35,204 nucleotides of DNA from Pseudomonadota bacterium (lineage in GTDB: Bacteria > Desulfobacterota > Desulfarculia > Desulfarculales > JAHJDS01), in the NCBI GenBank assembly GCA_018812395.1, contig JAHJDS010000050.1:1-35204 (forward strand), given 5' to 3'. The notes under the pieces were generated by a model that saw only the letters and a program-made list of their open reading frames with translations, did not search any database and was not told where the DNA came from. The position numbers and the translations under genes were made by a program. Position 1 is the stretch's first letter; every line of letters starts with the position of its first letter. Shown one piece after another: positions 24,488 to 34,100 of the stretch.

Positions 24488-25312
24488 ATGTCCAGAGTCT
24501 CCGCCGCCGTGGCGATCGTTTGTCTGCTCATTGGGGCCGGGCCGCTGGTCTCGAAGGCCTCGATCACGCCCGCGCCCCGGGCCCTGGCCGGCCTGGCCAA
24601 GAACTACCGCGGCCTGAACCAATTCAAACTGATCATGACCACCCAACTGGCCGACGGCCGGCAAGGTTCCGAGGAGGTGTACATCGTCGCCCCGGGCCGG
24701 TTCCGGGCCGTGCTGCGGCTGCTCGGCGGCGCCCAGGTAGTGGTCCGAAACAAGGACCGGGCCGCCGTGGCCTGGCGGGGGAAGCTGGCCGCCAAAAAAC
24801 TGAGCCCTCTGACGGCCTACCTGGCGCCGTTCATGTGCCGCACGGCCAAGCAGGCCCAGGCCATGCTCAAGGGCTTTGGCATCCGCCCCCAGTCCCTGGG
24901 CCTCGAACTGGTCCGACCCCGTATCGCCGTGATCATCGGCGCCACGGCCCACAACCCCAGCGCCCCGCAACTGTGGCTGGACAAGGACAACTTCTTTCCT
25001 CTGCGCCTCGTGGTGCCCACCCAGAACCCGGAACTGGTGCTGACGGTGCGTTACGAGGGTTACAGCCGGGCGTGGGGCTGGTGGCTGCCGCGCCGGATCA
25101 CCGTTCGTCTGGGCAACCGGATCGTCCGGCGGATGGAAATAACCTCGGTGGCCCAAATGACCCGGACGCCGCCGGGGCTGTTCAACGCCGCGAAAATGAT
25201 CGACGACCTGCCCCGCCTCCGGAACCGCGACCGCCCCCCGCGCCTGCCCGATGATTTCCGGCGCCTGCTCCGGGAACAACAAATCCGCCTCGAAACCATC
25301 GTGCCGCGATGA
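24488..25312 (+). CDS. Secreted hypothetical protein, possibly with a LolA/RseB-like fold
   Basis: Signal peptide MSRVSAAVAIVCLLIGAGPLVSKA. ATG 24488 follows GAGGG (24475..24479). The track start, GTG 24473, overlaps the upstream stop (GTGA). The body is beta-rich with alternating patterns (EEVYIVAPGRFRAVLRLLGGAQVVVRNKDRAAVAW...LWLDKDNFFPLRLVV). The fold call is tentative. Confidence 0.5.
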   Translation: MSRVSAAVAIVCLLIGAGPLVSKASITPAPRALAGLAKNYRGLNQFKLIMTTQLADGRQGSEEVYIVAPGRFRAVLRLLGGAQVVVRNKDRAAVAWRGKLAAKKLSPLTAYLAPFMCRTAKQAQAMLKGFGIRPQSLGLELVRPRIAVIIGATAHNPSAPQLWLDKDNFFPLRLVVPTQNPELVLTVRYEGYSRAWGWWLPRRITVRLGNRIVRRMEITSVAQMTRTPPGLFNAAKMIDDLPRLRNRDRPPRLPDDFRRLLREQQIRLETIVPR

Positions 25313-27573
25313 GGCCCCGGGCGTCACTGGCCGAAGTCGCCCTGCCCCTGCCGGTCGACGGGACGTTCACCTACCGGGTGCCATCCGAATTGGCCCGTCT
25401 GGTCCGGGTCGGCGTCCGGGTGTTGGCCCCCGTGGGCCGCCGGAGGGTGGTCGGCCTGGTGCTGGACCTGCCCGAGCAAAGCCCGGTCGAAGAACTCCGC
25501 GACGTCCTGGACGTCCTGGACGACGAGCCGCTGTTCGGTCCGGAACTGAGCCGGCTCCTGGTCTTCGCCGCCCGCTATTACCAGGCCCCCATCGGCCTGG
25601 CCGCGGCCGGGGCCGTGCCCGGCGGCCTGGTCAAGACGGCCCGTCAGGGCGCGCCCGCCCTGGATCCGCCCCGCATCAAGCGCCGCCCCGGCTGGCGACT
25701 GAAGGCCAAACCGGACCTCGAGAGGCGGTTGGGGCGTCTGGACCGGTCCCTGTCGGACAAGCAGCGGCTCATCATCGACCGGCTGTCCGACTCAGGCCAA
25801 GTCGTGCTGAACGACCTGGCGGCGGTCATCGCCCAACCGCTGGGCGTGGCCCGGCGGCTGGAGGCGATGGGCCTGGCCGATCTGGAGCCGATGGAGACCC
25901 TGGTCGATCCGTTGGGGAAACCCCTGACCGACGTCACGCCGGCGGTCAGACTGACCGGGGATCAGGATCGGGCCCTGGAGGCCATCAAGTCCCGGCTGGT
26001 CGCCGGCCAGTACGCCCCCTTCCTCCTCTACGGCGCCACGGGCAGCGGCAAGACCGAGGTCTATTTGCGGGCGGTCGAGGCGGCCCTCCAGATGGGCCGT
26101 CCGGCCCTGGTCCTGGTCCCCGAGATCGGCCTGACGGTCCACCTCGAGGGACTGTTCGCCGCCCGGTTCGGGGCGAACGTGGTCACGCTCCACAGCGGGC
26201 TCACCGACCGGGGACGGCTGGCCGCCTGGCGGGCCGCGGCCGGCGGCCGGGTCAAGGTCGTGCTCGGGGCCCGCTCGGCCGTGTTCGCCCCGCTGGAAAA
26301 ACCGGCGGTCATCGTCGTCGACGAGGAGCACGAGGAGGCCTACAAGCAGGAGGATCGCCTGCGCTACCAGGCCCGGGACCTGGCCCTGTATCGCGGGCGG
26401 CTGGCCGGCGCGGTGGTCATCCTGGGCAGCGCCACCCCGGCCGTCACCACCTGGCATCTGGCCGAACAGGACCGGATCAGGGTCCTGACCCTGCCCAAAC
26501 GCATCCACGACCGGCCGCTGCCCACAGTGGAAATCGTGGACAAGACCGGCTTTGAATCGAACCGGGTCTTCTCCCCCCAGCTAGAGAAGGCCCTGGCCGA
26601 CACCCTGGCCGCCAAGAAACAGTCCATCCTCTTCCTCGGACGAAGGGGCTACGCCCCGGTGGTCTTCTGCCGGGACTGCGGCCGTCCGGTGACCTGCCCC
26701 AACTGCACCGTCAGCCTGACCCTCCACCAGGCGCGGCAGGCCCTGCTCTGCCACTACTGCGGGCTGAGCGCGTCGCCCCGGGCCCCCTGTCCCCTTTGCG
26801 GCTCGACCAATCTGAGACCATGGGGCCTGGGCACGGAGCGGCTGGAGCAGGACGTCATCGACCGATTCCCCTCGGCCCGGACCATCCGCCTGGACAGCGA
26901 CACCACCCGTCGTCGCGGGGCGCTGCGAAGGATCCTGACCAAGATCGCCGACCACGAGGCCGACGTCATCGTCGGCACCCAGATCATCACCAAGGGCCAC
27001 CATTTTCCGGACATCACCCTGGTCGGGGTGGTGGACGCCGATCTGTCCCTTTGCTTTCCCGACTATCGGGCCGCGGAGCGGACCTTCGCCCTGCTCCACC
27101 AGGTGGGCGGGCGGGCCGGCCGGGGGAAAGAGCCGGGTCGGGTCATCGTCCAGACCGGGTTGCCGGACCATTACGTGTTCGAGAAACTGGCCGCGGGCGA
27201 CTGGCCGGGGTTCGTGGCCCAGGAGATGGAGTTCCGGCGAGCCCTGTTCTACCCGCCCTTTTCCCGGTTGACCAGCGTGCTCCTCAGCGGCAACGCGGCC
27301 GCCCGGGTCCGCACCGGGATTGAAAAGATACGCCGCGTCCTGGACGAGTGCCTCCAACAAGAGCCGCCCGCGGGCCGGATCGAGGTCCTGGGGCCGGCCC
27401 CGGCGCCCCTGACGCGGCTGGTGGGCAAGACCAGGTGGCACCTGGCGATCAAGGCCGAGCGGATCTCGGACGCCGCCCGGCTCGCCCGCGAGGCGCGAAC
27501 GCTCCACCGGACCGACAAATTTTTTAAGGGGCTGGGCCTGGCGGTGGACGTGGACCCGGCCTCGGTCCTGTAA
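25309..27573 (+). CDS. priA: Primosomal protein N' (replication restart helicase PriA)
   Basis: The N-terminus is AEVALPLPVDGTFTYRVP. Also present are Walker A LLYGATGSGKTEVYL, the VVDEEHE box and the Cys-rich zinc region CRDCGRPVTCPNC...CHYCG...CPLCGS. ATG 25309 overlaps the upstream stop (ATGA). Confidence 0.95.
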   Translation: MRPRASLAEVALPLPVDGTFTYRVPSELARLVRVGVRVLAPVGRRRVVGLVLDLPEQSPVEELRDVLDVLDDEPLFGPELSRLLVFAARYYQAPIGLAAAGAVPGGLVKTARQGAPALDPPRIKRRPGWRLKAKPDLERRLGRLDRSLSDKQRLIIDRLSDSGQVVLNDLAAVIAQPLGVARRLEAMGLADLEPMETLVDPLGKPLTDVTPAVRLTGDQDRALEAIKSRLVAGQYAPFLLYGATGSGKTEVYLRAVEAALQMGRPALVLVPEIGLTVHLEGLFAARFGANVVTLHSGLTDRGRLAAWRAAAGGRVKVVLGARSAVFAPLEKPAVIVVDEEHEEAYKQEDRLRYQARDLALYRGRLAGAVVILGSATPAVTTWHLAEQDRIRVLTLPKRIHDRPLPTVEIVDKTGFESNRVFSPQLEKALADTLAAKKQSILFLGRRGYAPVVFCRDCGRPVTCPNCTVSLTLHQARQALLCHYCGLSASPRAPCPLCGSTNLRPWGLGTERLEQDVIDRFPSARTIRLDSDTTRRRGALRRILTKIADHEADVIVGTQIITKGHHFPDITLVGVVDADLSLCFPDYRAAERTFALLHQVGGRAGRGKEPGRVIVQTGLPDHYVFEKLAAGDWPGFVAQEMEFRRALFYPPFSRLTSVLLSGNAAARVRTGIEKIRRVLDECLQQEPPAGRIEVLGPAPAPLTRLVGKTRWHLAIKAERISDAARLAREARTLHRTDKFFKGLGLAVDVDPASVL

Positions 27574-27610
27574 GCCTTGCCTTTCCGGACCAGGCGGACT
27601 ATAAAGGCCT

Positions 27611-28312
27611 ATGCCTCGCTATGGTCTCATCGCCGGCACCATCACCTTCGAGGCCGATCTCTTCCCCGGGGCCGAGACCCGGACCCTGGGCACGCCCTTT
27701 GGGCCGGCCTTGGTGGTCATGGACGAGACGTGGGCCTACGTGCCCCGTCACGGCCTGGACGAGGACCACTACGTCCTGCCCCACCGGATCAACCATTCGG
27801 CCAATTTGTCGGCCCTGAGGTCCGTGGGCGTGTCCGAGGTGGTCTGTCTGGGGTCCACCGGGGCGCTGCGGCCCGACCGGACGCCGGGCACCCTGGTCGT
27901 GCCCGAGGACTTCATCTCCCTGTTCGTTTCGCCCACCACGGTGGACGACCGGCCCGAGCACGCCCTGCCCGCCTTCAGCGACCGGGTCCGCCGCCGCCTC
28001 CTGGACGCGGCCCATGCGGCCGGGGTCGAGGTCATCGACGGCGGGGTCTACTTTCAGACCATCGGCCCCCGGCTCGAGACCAAGGCCGAGATCCGTCTTC
28101 TGGCGCAATTCGCCGATCTGGTGGGCATGACCGTCGGCTCCGAGGCGGCCGTGGCCGCGGAACTCGGTCTCCCCCTGGCGGCCCTGTGCTCGGTGGACAA
28201 CTTCGCCCACGGCGTCAGCGACCAGGACCTGTCGGCCGACATCATCCGCGCCGAAGCCAAGAAGGCCGTCGAGCGCATCCGGCGCATCCTGGTCGCCTTG
28301 GCCCAAGGCTGA
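27611..28312 (+). CDS. MTAP-family nucleoside phosphorylase (S-methyl-5'-thioadenosine/purine nucleoside phosphorylase-like)
   Basis: VPRHGLDEDHYVLPHRINHSANLSALRSVGVSEVVCLGSTGAL, YFQTIGPRLETKAEIRLL and LVGMTVGSEAAVAAELGLP follow the MtnP/PNP pattern. The N-terminal glycine-rich loop is degenerate (LIAGTIT). Confidence 0.7.
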   Translation: MPRYGLIAGTITFEADLFPGAETRTLGTPFGPALVVMDETWAYVPRHGLDEDHYVLPHRINHSANLSALRSVGVSEVVCLGSTGALRPDRTPGTLVVPEDFISLFVSPTTVDDRPEHALPAFSDRVRRRLLDAAHAAGVEVIDGGVYFQTIGPRLETKAEIRLLAQFADLVGMTVGSEAAVAAELGLPLAALCSVDNFAHGVSDQDLSADIIRAEAKKAVERIRRILVALAQG

Positions 28313-28350
28313 CACCACCCAACTGACGACTCTGACTGGGCTTTTCCGAG

Positions 28351-28371
28351 AAGGCCCACCCGGCCTTTGTT
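28351..28371 (+). terminator. Possible weak intrinsic terminator after the phosphorylase gene
   Basis: AAGGCC (28351..28356), loop CACCC, GGCCTT (28362..28367), followed by TGTT. The stem is short and the T-tract is poor. Confidence 0.3.
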
Positions 28372-28513
28372 GGGGATCAACCTTCTGAAATAAATAGTTT
28401 TTCTGGTAAATGCCGGCCGGTTTATATCCTCAAGTCATCTCGCTGGGCGGCCGATGAGACCAGTAGTTCGGACCCGTCACCAAACCGGGCCGGACCAAGG
28501 CGGACGGGAAGGC

Positions 28514-28789
28514 ATGGTCAATCAGTGGATAATGAACTGCCCCCAAGAGAGGGCCGAGGCCATCATGGCCGTGTCGCCCTATGTGGTCGTGCCCGGTCCG
28601 CCCCAAGAGGACGGCCTGCTCACCGCCGAGGAAATGGCCGCCCAGGGCCTGGTCGGGTTGTATCGCACCGATCAAAAGAAAGAGGACCAGGAGGTCGCCC
28701 GCGGGCGACGGGACTATTTCGCCTCGATCGATCAAGGGGAGATGCTCGACACCGGCCGAGCGCGGATGATTCTGAAGTCTATACTGTGA
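28514..28789 (+). CDS. Small hypothetical protein (about 91 aa)
   Basis: GC3-biased codons run throughout (MVNQWIMNCPQERAEAIMAVSPYVVVPGPPQEDGLLTAEEMAAQGLVGLYRTDQKKEDQEVARGRRDYFASIDQGEMLDTGRARMILKSIL). GGGAAGG lies just upstream of ATG 28514. The track ORF starts at 28454. No family recognised. Confidence 0.4.
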   Translation: MVNQWIMNCPQERAEAIMAVSPYVVVPGPPQEDGLLTAEEMAAQGLVGLYRTDQKKEDQEVARGRRDYFASIDQGEMLDTGRARMILKSIL

Positions 28790-28869
28790 ACGAGGGCCAC
28801 CGGGCCCCGCCGTTCGGGACCGTGTCTCTACAGCTGTGCCCCCTAAGTATCCCTAACAAAAATGTTCGG

Positions 28870-29787
28870 CTATGCTCCACCGGGCCCGAAGAACGAATCG
28901 GGGTTCTTGGCCGGAGGGGTGACCGGGGGCGGCTTGACCGGGGCCGGCGTGGGTGAGGGCGACGGGGCCGGCACGGTGTGGGTCGGCACGATCTTGGGCG
29001 GTGAAGAGGCCGACGGCTCCGGGGCGGCCGGCGGCGTCCCTCCGGGAGGGGCCGACGGCCGGGGCGGGATGGAACCCGGCGGCGGGGGCGGCACGTTGGC
29101 CGTGGGGGAGCCCGGCGGCGGGGAAGACGGCGCGGCCGGCGTGGCCTCGAGGTCAGGGAACTTGGCGGCGATCACCCCTTCCGCGGCGATGGGCTTGTCC
29201 AGCGGCGAGTTGGCCTCGGCGGCCAGCAGGGCGTCGACCTCCGTGCCGTCGGTCACCGAGCCCGGCTGGGGGACCAGGGCCACCGGCGGCTTCTTGCCCG
29301 GCTTGATCCGGCGGAACAGCTCCTCGGTGAAAGTCTTTTTGCCCTCGACCTTGAACGAGGCCGAGATGAGGTCCTTCTTAATGAAGCGGACCGTCAGTTC
29401 CGGGGCCGGGCGGTGCCGTCCGGTGAACACCCGGAGCCGAACGATCTTCTTGGTCTCCTGGACCACGGCCAGGCTGCCCTGGACCAGCAGTTTGTTGCCC
29501 TCGCCCACCTGGAGCCGGTTGCGGACGTTGTCCACGACCAGGATGGTCTTGACCTGGTCCTTGGCCCGCCACCGGCCGCCCAGGCGGACGTAAGGCATGT
29601 CCGCCTCGCTCATCCGATTGGCCAGGTCGTAGACCTGCTTACCGGTCAGGGCGAAGCTGACCGCCTGAAAGGCCACCAGGGCCGGACCGCTGCAACCCGC
29701 TGCCCCGACCAGGGCCACGGCCAGGGCCGCCCTCGCCAGGCGACGACTCCAGAGACGAACTGCGCGGTCAGGTTCGATCACGATCAT
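28870..29787 (-). CDS. Lipoprotein with a long Pro-rich C-terminal tail
   Basis: From ATG 29787 the protein begins MIVIEPDRAVRLWSRRLARAALAVALVGAAGCSGP, with lipobox VGAAG-C. The C-terminal roughly 100 aa are P/A/S/T-rich (PPPGSPTANVPPPPPGSIPPRPSAPPGGTPPAAPEP...). The longer track ORF (to 29934) adds an implausible N-terminus. Confidence 0.65.
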   Translation of the reverse strand: MIVIEPDRAVRLWSRRLARAALAVALVGAAGCSGPALVAFQAVSFALTGKQVYDLANRMSEADMPYVRLGGRWRAKDQVKTILVVDNVRNRLQVGEGNKLLVQGSLAVVQETKKIVRLRVFTGRHRPAPELTVRFIKKDLISASFKVEGKKTFTEELFRRIKPGKKPPVALVPQPGSVTDGTEVDALLAAEANSPLDKPIAAEGVIAAKFPDLEATPAAPSSPPPGSPTANVPPPPPGSIPPRPSAPPGGTPPAAPEPSASSPPKIVPTHTVPAPSPSPTPAPVKPPPVTPPAKNPDSFFGPGGA

Positions 29788-29904
29788 GACTGCCCCGAAA
29801 AAACCTCCGAAACACCCGTCTCGCCGTCGGGCCGGGGAATCAACCCGTACTCCGCCCGGACGTGGCCGGGGTTCCGGCCCGCACCTCAAAAATATTTTGT
29901 TTAA

Positions 29905-29934
29905 ATGATACCAGATCGGGTCGGACGACGACAA
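29905..29934 (-). promoter_or_regulatory. Candidate sigma70 promoter for the lipoprotein gene
   Basis: The minus strand reads TTGTCG (29934..29929), N18, TATCAT (29910..29905). Confidence 0.3.
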
Positions 29935-29953
29935 TGTGTTTAGGGCCAGGCGG

Positions 29954-29983
29954 TTGACCTCGGGAAAGCCAACGTGCTAAGTT
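29954..29983 (+). promoter_or_regulatory. Candidate sigma70 promoter for the RND adaptor/pump operon
   Basis: TTGACC (29954..29959), N18, TAAGTT (29978..29983). Its position argues for the ATG 30022 start rather than GTG 29974. Confidence 0.35.
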
Positions 29984-30021
29984 CCTCTTTCGGACTAAAC
30001 TTTCACTCCGGTGTTGAACGG

Positions 30022-31107
30022 ATGCGATTCCGATTGATCATGATCATCACCGCGGCCCTGGTCGTCTGTCTGGCGACCACGGCCTCGCCTCGACGTAAAA
30101 AACCCAGGCCCAAAAAGGTCGTCCCCTCGGTCGAGGTCTGGGTCGTCCAGCGGACCGACCTGCGTCGAACCATCACCGTCCAGGGCCGGGCCGCCGCCTG
30201 GCGCGAGGCCAAGCTGGCCTGCGAGGTGGCCGGGGTCATCGAGAAGTTCTATTACGACCTGGGCGACCGGGTCGACCAGAACAAGACCCTGGTCCAGCTC
30301 GACCCGGCCAACTACAAACGCCGGCTGGCCGAGGCCAAGGCCAACCTGGCCAAGGCCCGGGCCACCCTGACCCACGCCGCCCTGAACCACCGGCGGTTGG
30401 CCAAGTTGCTCCGGAGCCGGGTCACGGCCCGCTCCCAACTCGACGAGAGCCGGGCGGCCTATCTCCGGGCCCAGGCCGACGTCGGCCTGGCCAAGGTGGC
30501 CGTCGAGCAGGCCGAGTACAACCTCGACAAGACGAAGGTCGTCGCCCCCTTCCCGGGCGTCGTCCTGCAGCGGTACCGGGAGCAGGGCGAAATGCTCCCC
30601 GCCGGGACGATCCTCATCCACCTGGCCGACTACCGTCTGATCAAGATCGAGATCGGCCTGACCGAGGACCAGGTCGTCCAGTTCAGACCGGGTCAGAAAG
30701 TGGTCGTCACTTTCAGCGTGTTCAAGGACCGGACCTTTCCGGGCGAAATCGACGTGGTCGGCGCCGCCGCCGACGCGGACACCGGCGTCTTTCCGATCCG
30801 CATCAAGGTCAACAATCCCGACCGGAAGATCCTGCCGGGCATGATCGCCCACGCCACGATGGACGGACGGATCATCAAGGACATCGTCCTCGTCCCGGCC
30901 GAGGCGGTCATCGAGCAGTTCGGCGTGGCCTTCGTCTACATCGTCAACGACCGCAAGGCCAAACAGATCCCCGTAAAACTGGGGCCGGCCTACGGTGAAA
31001 AACGGCGGATCCTCCGGGGACTCAAACCGGGGGACAAGCTGGTCGTCGTCGGCCAGTCGCAACTGAGGCCCGATCTGCCGGTCAAGATCGTCAAGGTCCA
31101 TCGGTGA
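30022..31107 (+). CDS. RND efflux periplasmic adaptor (membrane fusion protein, HlyD family)
   Basis: N-terminal anchor MRFRLIMIITAALVVCLATTA. Lipoyl-like motif VAGVIEKFYYDLGDRVDQNKTLVQLDP. Alpha-hairpin region NYKRRLAEAKANLAKARATL...AQADVGLAKVAVEQAEYNLDKTKVVAPFPGVV. The C-terminal beta domains and the position directly upstream of the pump fit the family. Confidence 0.85.
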   Translation: MRFRLIMIITAALVVCLATTASPRRKKPRPKKVVPSVEVWVVQRTDLRRTITVQGRAAAWREAKLACEVAGVIEKFYYDLGDRVDQNKTLVQLDPANYKRRLAEAKANLAKARATLTHAALNHRRLAKLLRSRVTARSQLDESRAAYLRAQADVGLAKVAVEQAEYNLDKTKVVAPFPGVVLQRYREQGEMLPAGTILIHLADYRLIKIEIGLTEDQVVQFRPGQKVVVTFSVFKDRTFPGEIDVVGAAADADTGVFPIRIKVNNPDRKILPGMIAHATMDGRIIKDIVLVPAEAVIEQFGVAFVYIVNDRKAKQIPVKLGPAYGEKRRILRGLKPGDKLVVVGQSQLRPDLPVKIVKVHR

Positions 31108-31114
31108 GCCGATA

Positions 31115-34100
31115 ATGCTGGCCCGTTTCTCGGTCAACAATCCCGTCTTCGTCAACCTCCTGTTGCTGCTGGCCTTCGCCCTGGGACTGGTCTTCTGGGC
31201 CGCCACCCCCAAGGAGGTCTTTCCGGCCGTCGCCCTGGACAAGGTCCTGATCACGACCCTCTACAAGAACGTCGTCCCCGAGCGGATCGAGCAGGTCATC
31301 ACCGTCCCCATCGAGAACGCGGTCAAGGGCGTCGACGGCATCAAGAAGATCCAGTCCTCCTCCCGGCAGGGCCTGTCCATCATCCTCCTGGACGTCGAGC
31401 CGGGGATGAACCTCAAGCAGGTCGCCCAGGACGTCAAGAGCGCCATCGACCGGATGCCGACCAAGCTGCCCCTCGAGACCGAGGAACCGGTGGTGGTGGA
31501 CCTCGAGACCAGGTTCAACGTCATCACCGTCTCGGTCGTGGGCTCGGTTCCCGAGTTGGTCCTGAGGAAGGTGGCCGAGGACCTGGCCGACCAGGTCGAG
31601 GCCATCAAGGGCGTCAGCCAGGTGTTGAAGACCGGGTACCGGGACCGGGAAATCTGGATCGAGGTCAACCCCCACAAGATCTACGCCCTGGGCCTGGCCA
31701 TCGACGACATCGTGGCCGTGGTCAAGCGGCGCAACGTCAACGTCCCGGCCGGCGTCATCCGGGGCCGTCGCGAGGAATTCTTCGTCCGGACCGACTCCGA
31801 AGTCAACGACATCGGGCAGCTCCTGGCCACCCCGATCAAGATGGGCAGCACCGGCACGGCCGTGCCCCTGTCATCGGTGGCCACCGCCCGGTTCACCTTC
31901 GAGGACGAAACGTCCTTCGGCCGGATCAACGGCCAACGGGCCATCAACCTGACCGTCCAGAAAAAGATCAAGGGCGACACCATCCGGATCTCCGACGCGG
32001 TCCGCAAGCTGGTGGCCGACTACCAAAAGCGCCTCCCGCCCGGGATTCGGATCGAGATCAGCCGGGACAGCTCGGTCTGGATCAAGAGCCGCCTCAAGAC
32101 CATGTACACCAACGGCTTTTGGGGCTTCTTGTTCGTCTGCATCACGTTGTTCGTGTTCCTCACCTGGCGGACCGCCATCTGGACGGCCCTGGGCATCCCG
32201 GCGTCGTTCATGGGGGCCATCATCTTCATGTACGCCGCCGGGCTGACCATCAACATGCTGACCCTGTTCTCGCTGATCCTGGTGCTGGGCATCGTCGTCG
32301 ACGACGCGATCATCGTCTCGGAGAACGTCCATCGCCATCAACTCATGGGCAAGTCCCCCCGGGACGCCGCCATCGACGGCGCCAACGAGGTGACCATGCC
32401 CGTGATCGCCGCCATCCTGACGACCATCGCCGCCTTCCTGCCGATGTTGATGATGAGCGGCATCATGGGCAAGTTCATGGCCGTCATCCCCCAGGTGGTC
32501 ACCTTCGCGTTGTTGGCCTCGCTGATCGAGGCCCTGGTCATTCTGCCGTCGCATCTGGCCGACTTCCTCAAGCCGATTCCGCCCGAGCAGCGCAAGGCCA
32601 AGGAGGGGCGCCTCTATCCCTTTTTGCGCCGTCGGTACCGTCGGGGGCTGAGGATCGTCCTCCGGTTGAGGTACCTGGCGGTGGCCGTGGCCATCGCCCT
32701 GGCCGGCGTCATGGGACACGTGGCCGTCACCAAGATCCCGTTTATTCTGTTCGACGCCAAGGACATCAGCGCCTTTATGATCAACATCGAGACGCCGGTC
32801 GGCACCAAGCTGGCCAAGACCGGCGAGGTCGTGGCCCAGATCGAGCGCATCGTCAAGAAGCTGTCCAAAAAGGACGTCAACACCATCACCACCTTCGTCG
32901 GCCGCCAGATAGACCACAAGACCGGCGCCTCCGAGGACGGCTCCCACCTGGCCCAGGTGACCATCGAGACCTCCCACTTCGACACCGAAGGCCGCCGCAA
33001 CGGCTTCGTGGTCATGGAGGACGTCCGTCGCCGCCTCACCGGACTGACCGGCGTCAGCCGCCTCGAGGTCAGCGAAATCGCCGGCGGACCGCCGGTCGGA
33101 TCGCCGGTCGAACTCCGGGTCCGAGGAGAGAAATTCAAGACACTGCGGCTCATCGCCGAAGAGATCAAGGCCTACCTGCGGTCCCTGCCCGGCGTGGTCG
33201 ACCTCAAGGACGACTTCAACCCCGGCAAGCGGGAGATCATCGTCCGGCCCTACCTCCAGAAGGCCCTCCGCCTGGGCCTGACCGCCGACCAGATCGCCCT
33301 GGCCACCCGGACGTCCTTCGGCGGGACCAAGGCCAGCGACATCCGCCGCGGCCGCGACGAGATCGACATCGTGGTCAAACTGGCCCAGCGCTTCCGCGAC
33401 AACCCGAGCTTCGTCGACCAGATCAAGGTCAAGAACCTGAAGGGCAAGCTGGTCCCCTTCCGGGCCGTGGCCGACCGGATTTTCGTCCGCGGTCTGTCCA
33501 CGGTCAAGCGCTACGAGCGCAAGCGGGCCATCACCGTCACCGCCAACGTCAACAAGGCCGTCACCACCTCGAACCAGGTCAACCGCCTGCTCATGGCCAA
33601 ATTCGCCGACCTGGGCAAGCGCTATCCCGGCTACGACCTGGCCTTCGGCGGCGAGCACGAGGAGCAGCAGGAATCGCTCCAGTCCCTGTTGGCCGCCTTC
33701 CTGGTGGCCCTGCTCCTGATCTTCATCATCCTGGGGGCCCTGTTCCGGTCGTACAGCCAGCCGTTCGTGGTCCTGTTCGCCTTGCCCTTCGGCTTCATCG
33801 GCGTGGTCGTGGGCCACCTGGTCATGGACATCACCTTCGGCATTCTGTCGCTTTTAGGCCTGGTGGCCCTGTGCGGGGTGGTGGTCAACGACTCGCTGGT
33901 TCTGGTCGACTTCATCAACTCCTCGAGGCGCCGCGGCGGCGGCCGGTGGATGTCCATCATCCGGGGCGGGACCTTGAGGCTGCGGCCGATCATCCTGACC
34001 TCGGTGACGACCATCCTCGGGTTGTCCACCTTGATGTTCAAGACCACGGGCCAGGCCGGTTTCCTGGCGCCGATGGCCATCTCGCTGTGCTGGGGACTGG

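Noticed and set aside
23211-25327. Minus-strand ORFs 23211..24320 (369 aa) and 24425..25327 (300 aa)
   Set aside because: They are shadows of the UDPGP-like and LolA-like genes. The + frames have balanced composition, a signal peptide and coupled stops/starts.
25251-26555. 434-aa + ORF overlapping the priA 5' half in another frame
   Set aside because: Extremely R/G/P-rich. The priA frame (25309..27573) carries Walker A, DEEH and zinc-finger motifs.
28880-29170. Low-complexity GC-rich DNA that might be a tandem repeat or CRISPR-like array
   Set aside because: I found no fixed period or repeat/spacer structure. It simply encodes the Pro-rich tail of the lipoprotein on the minus strand.
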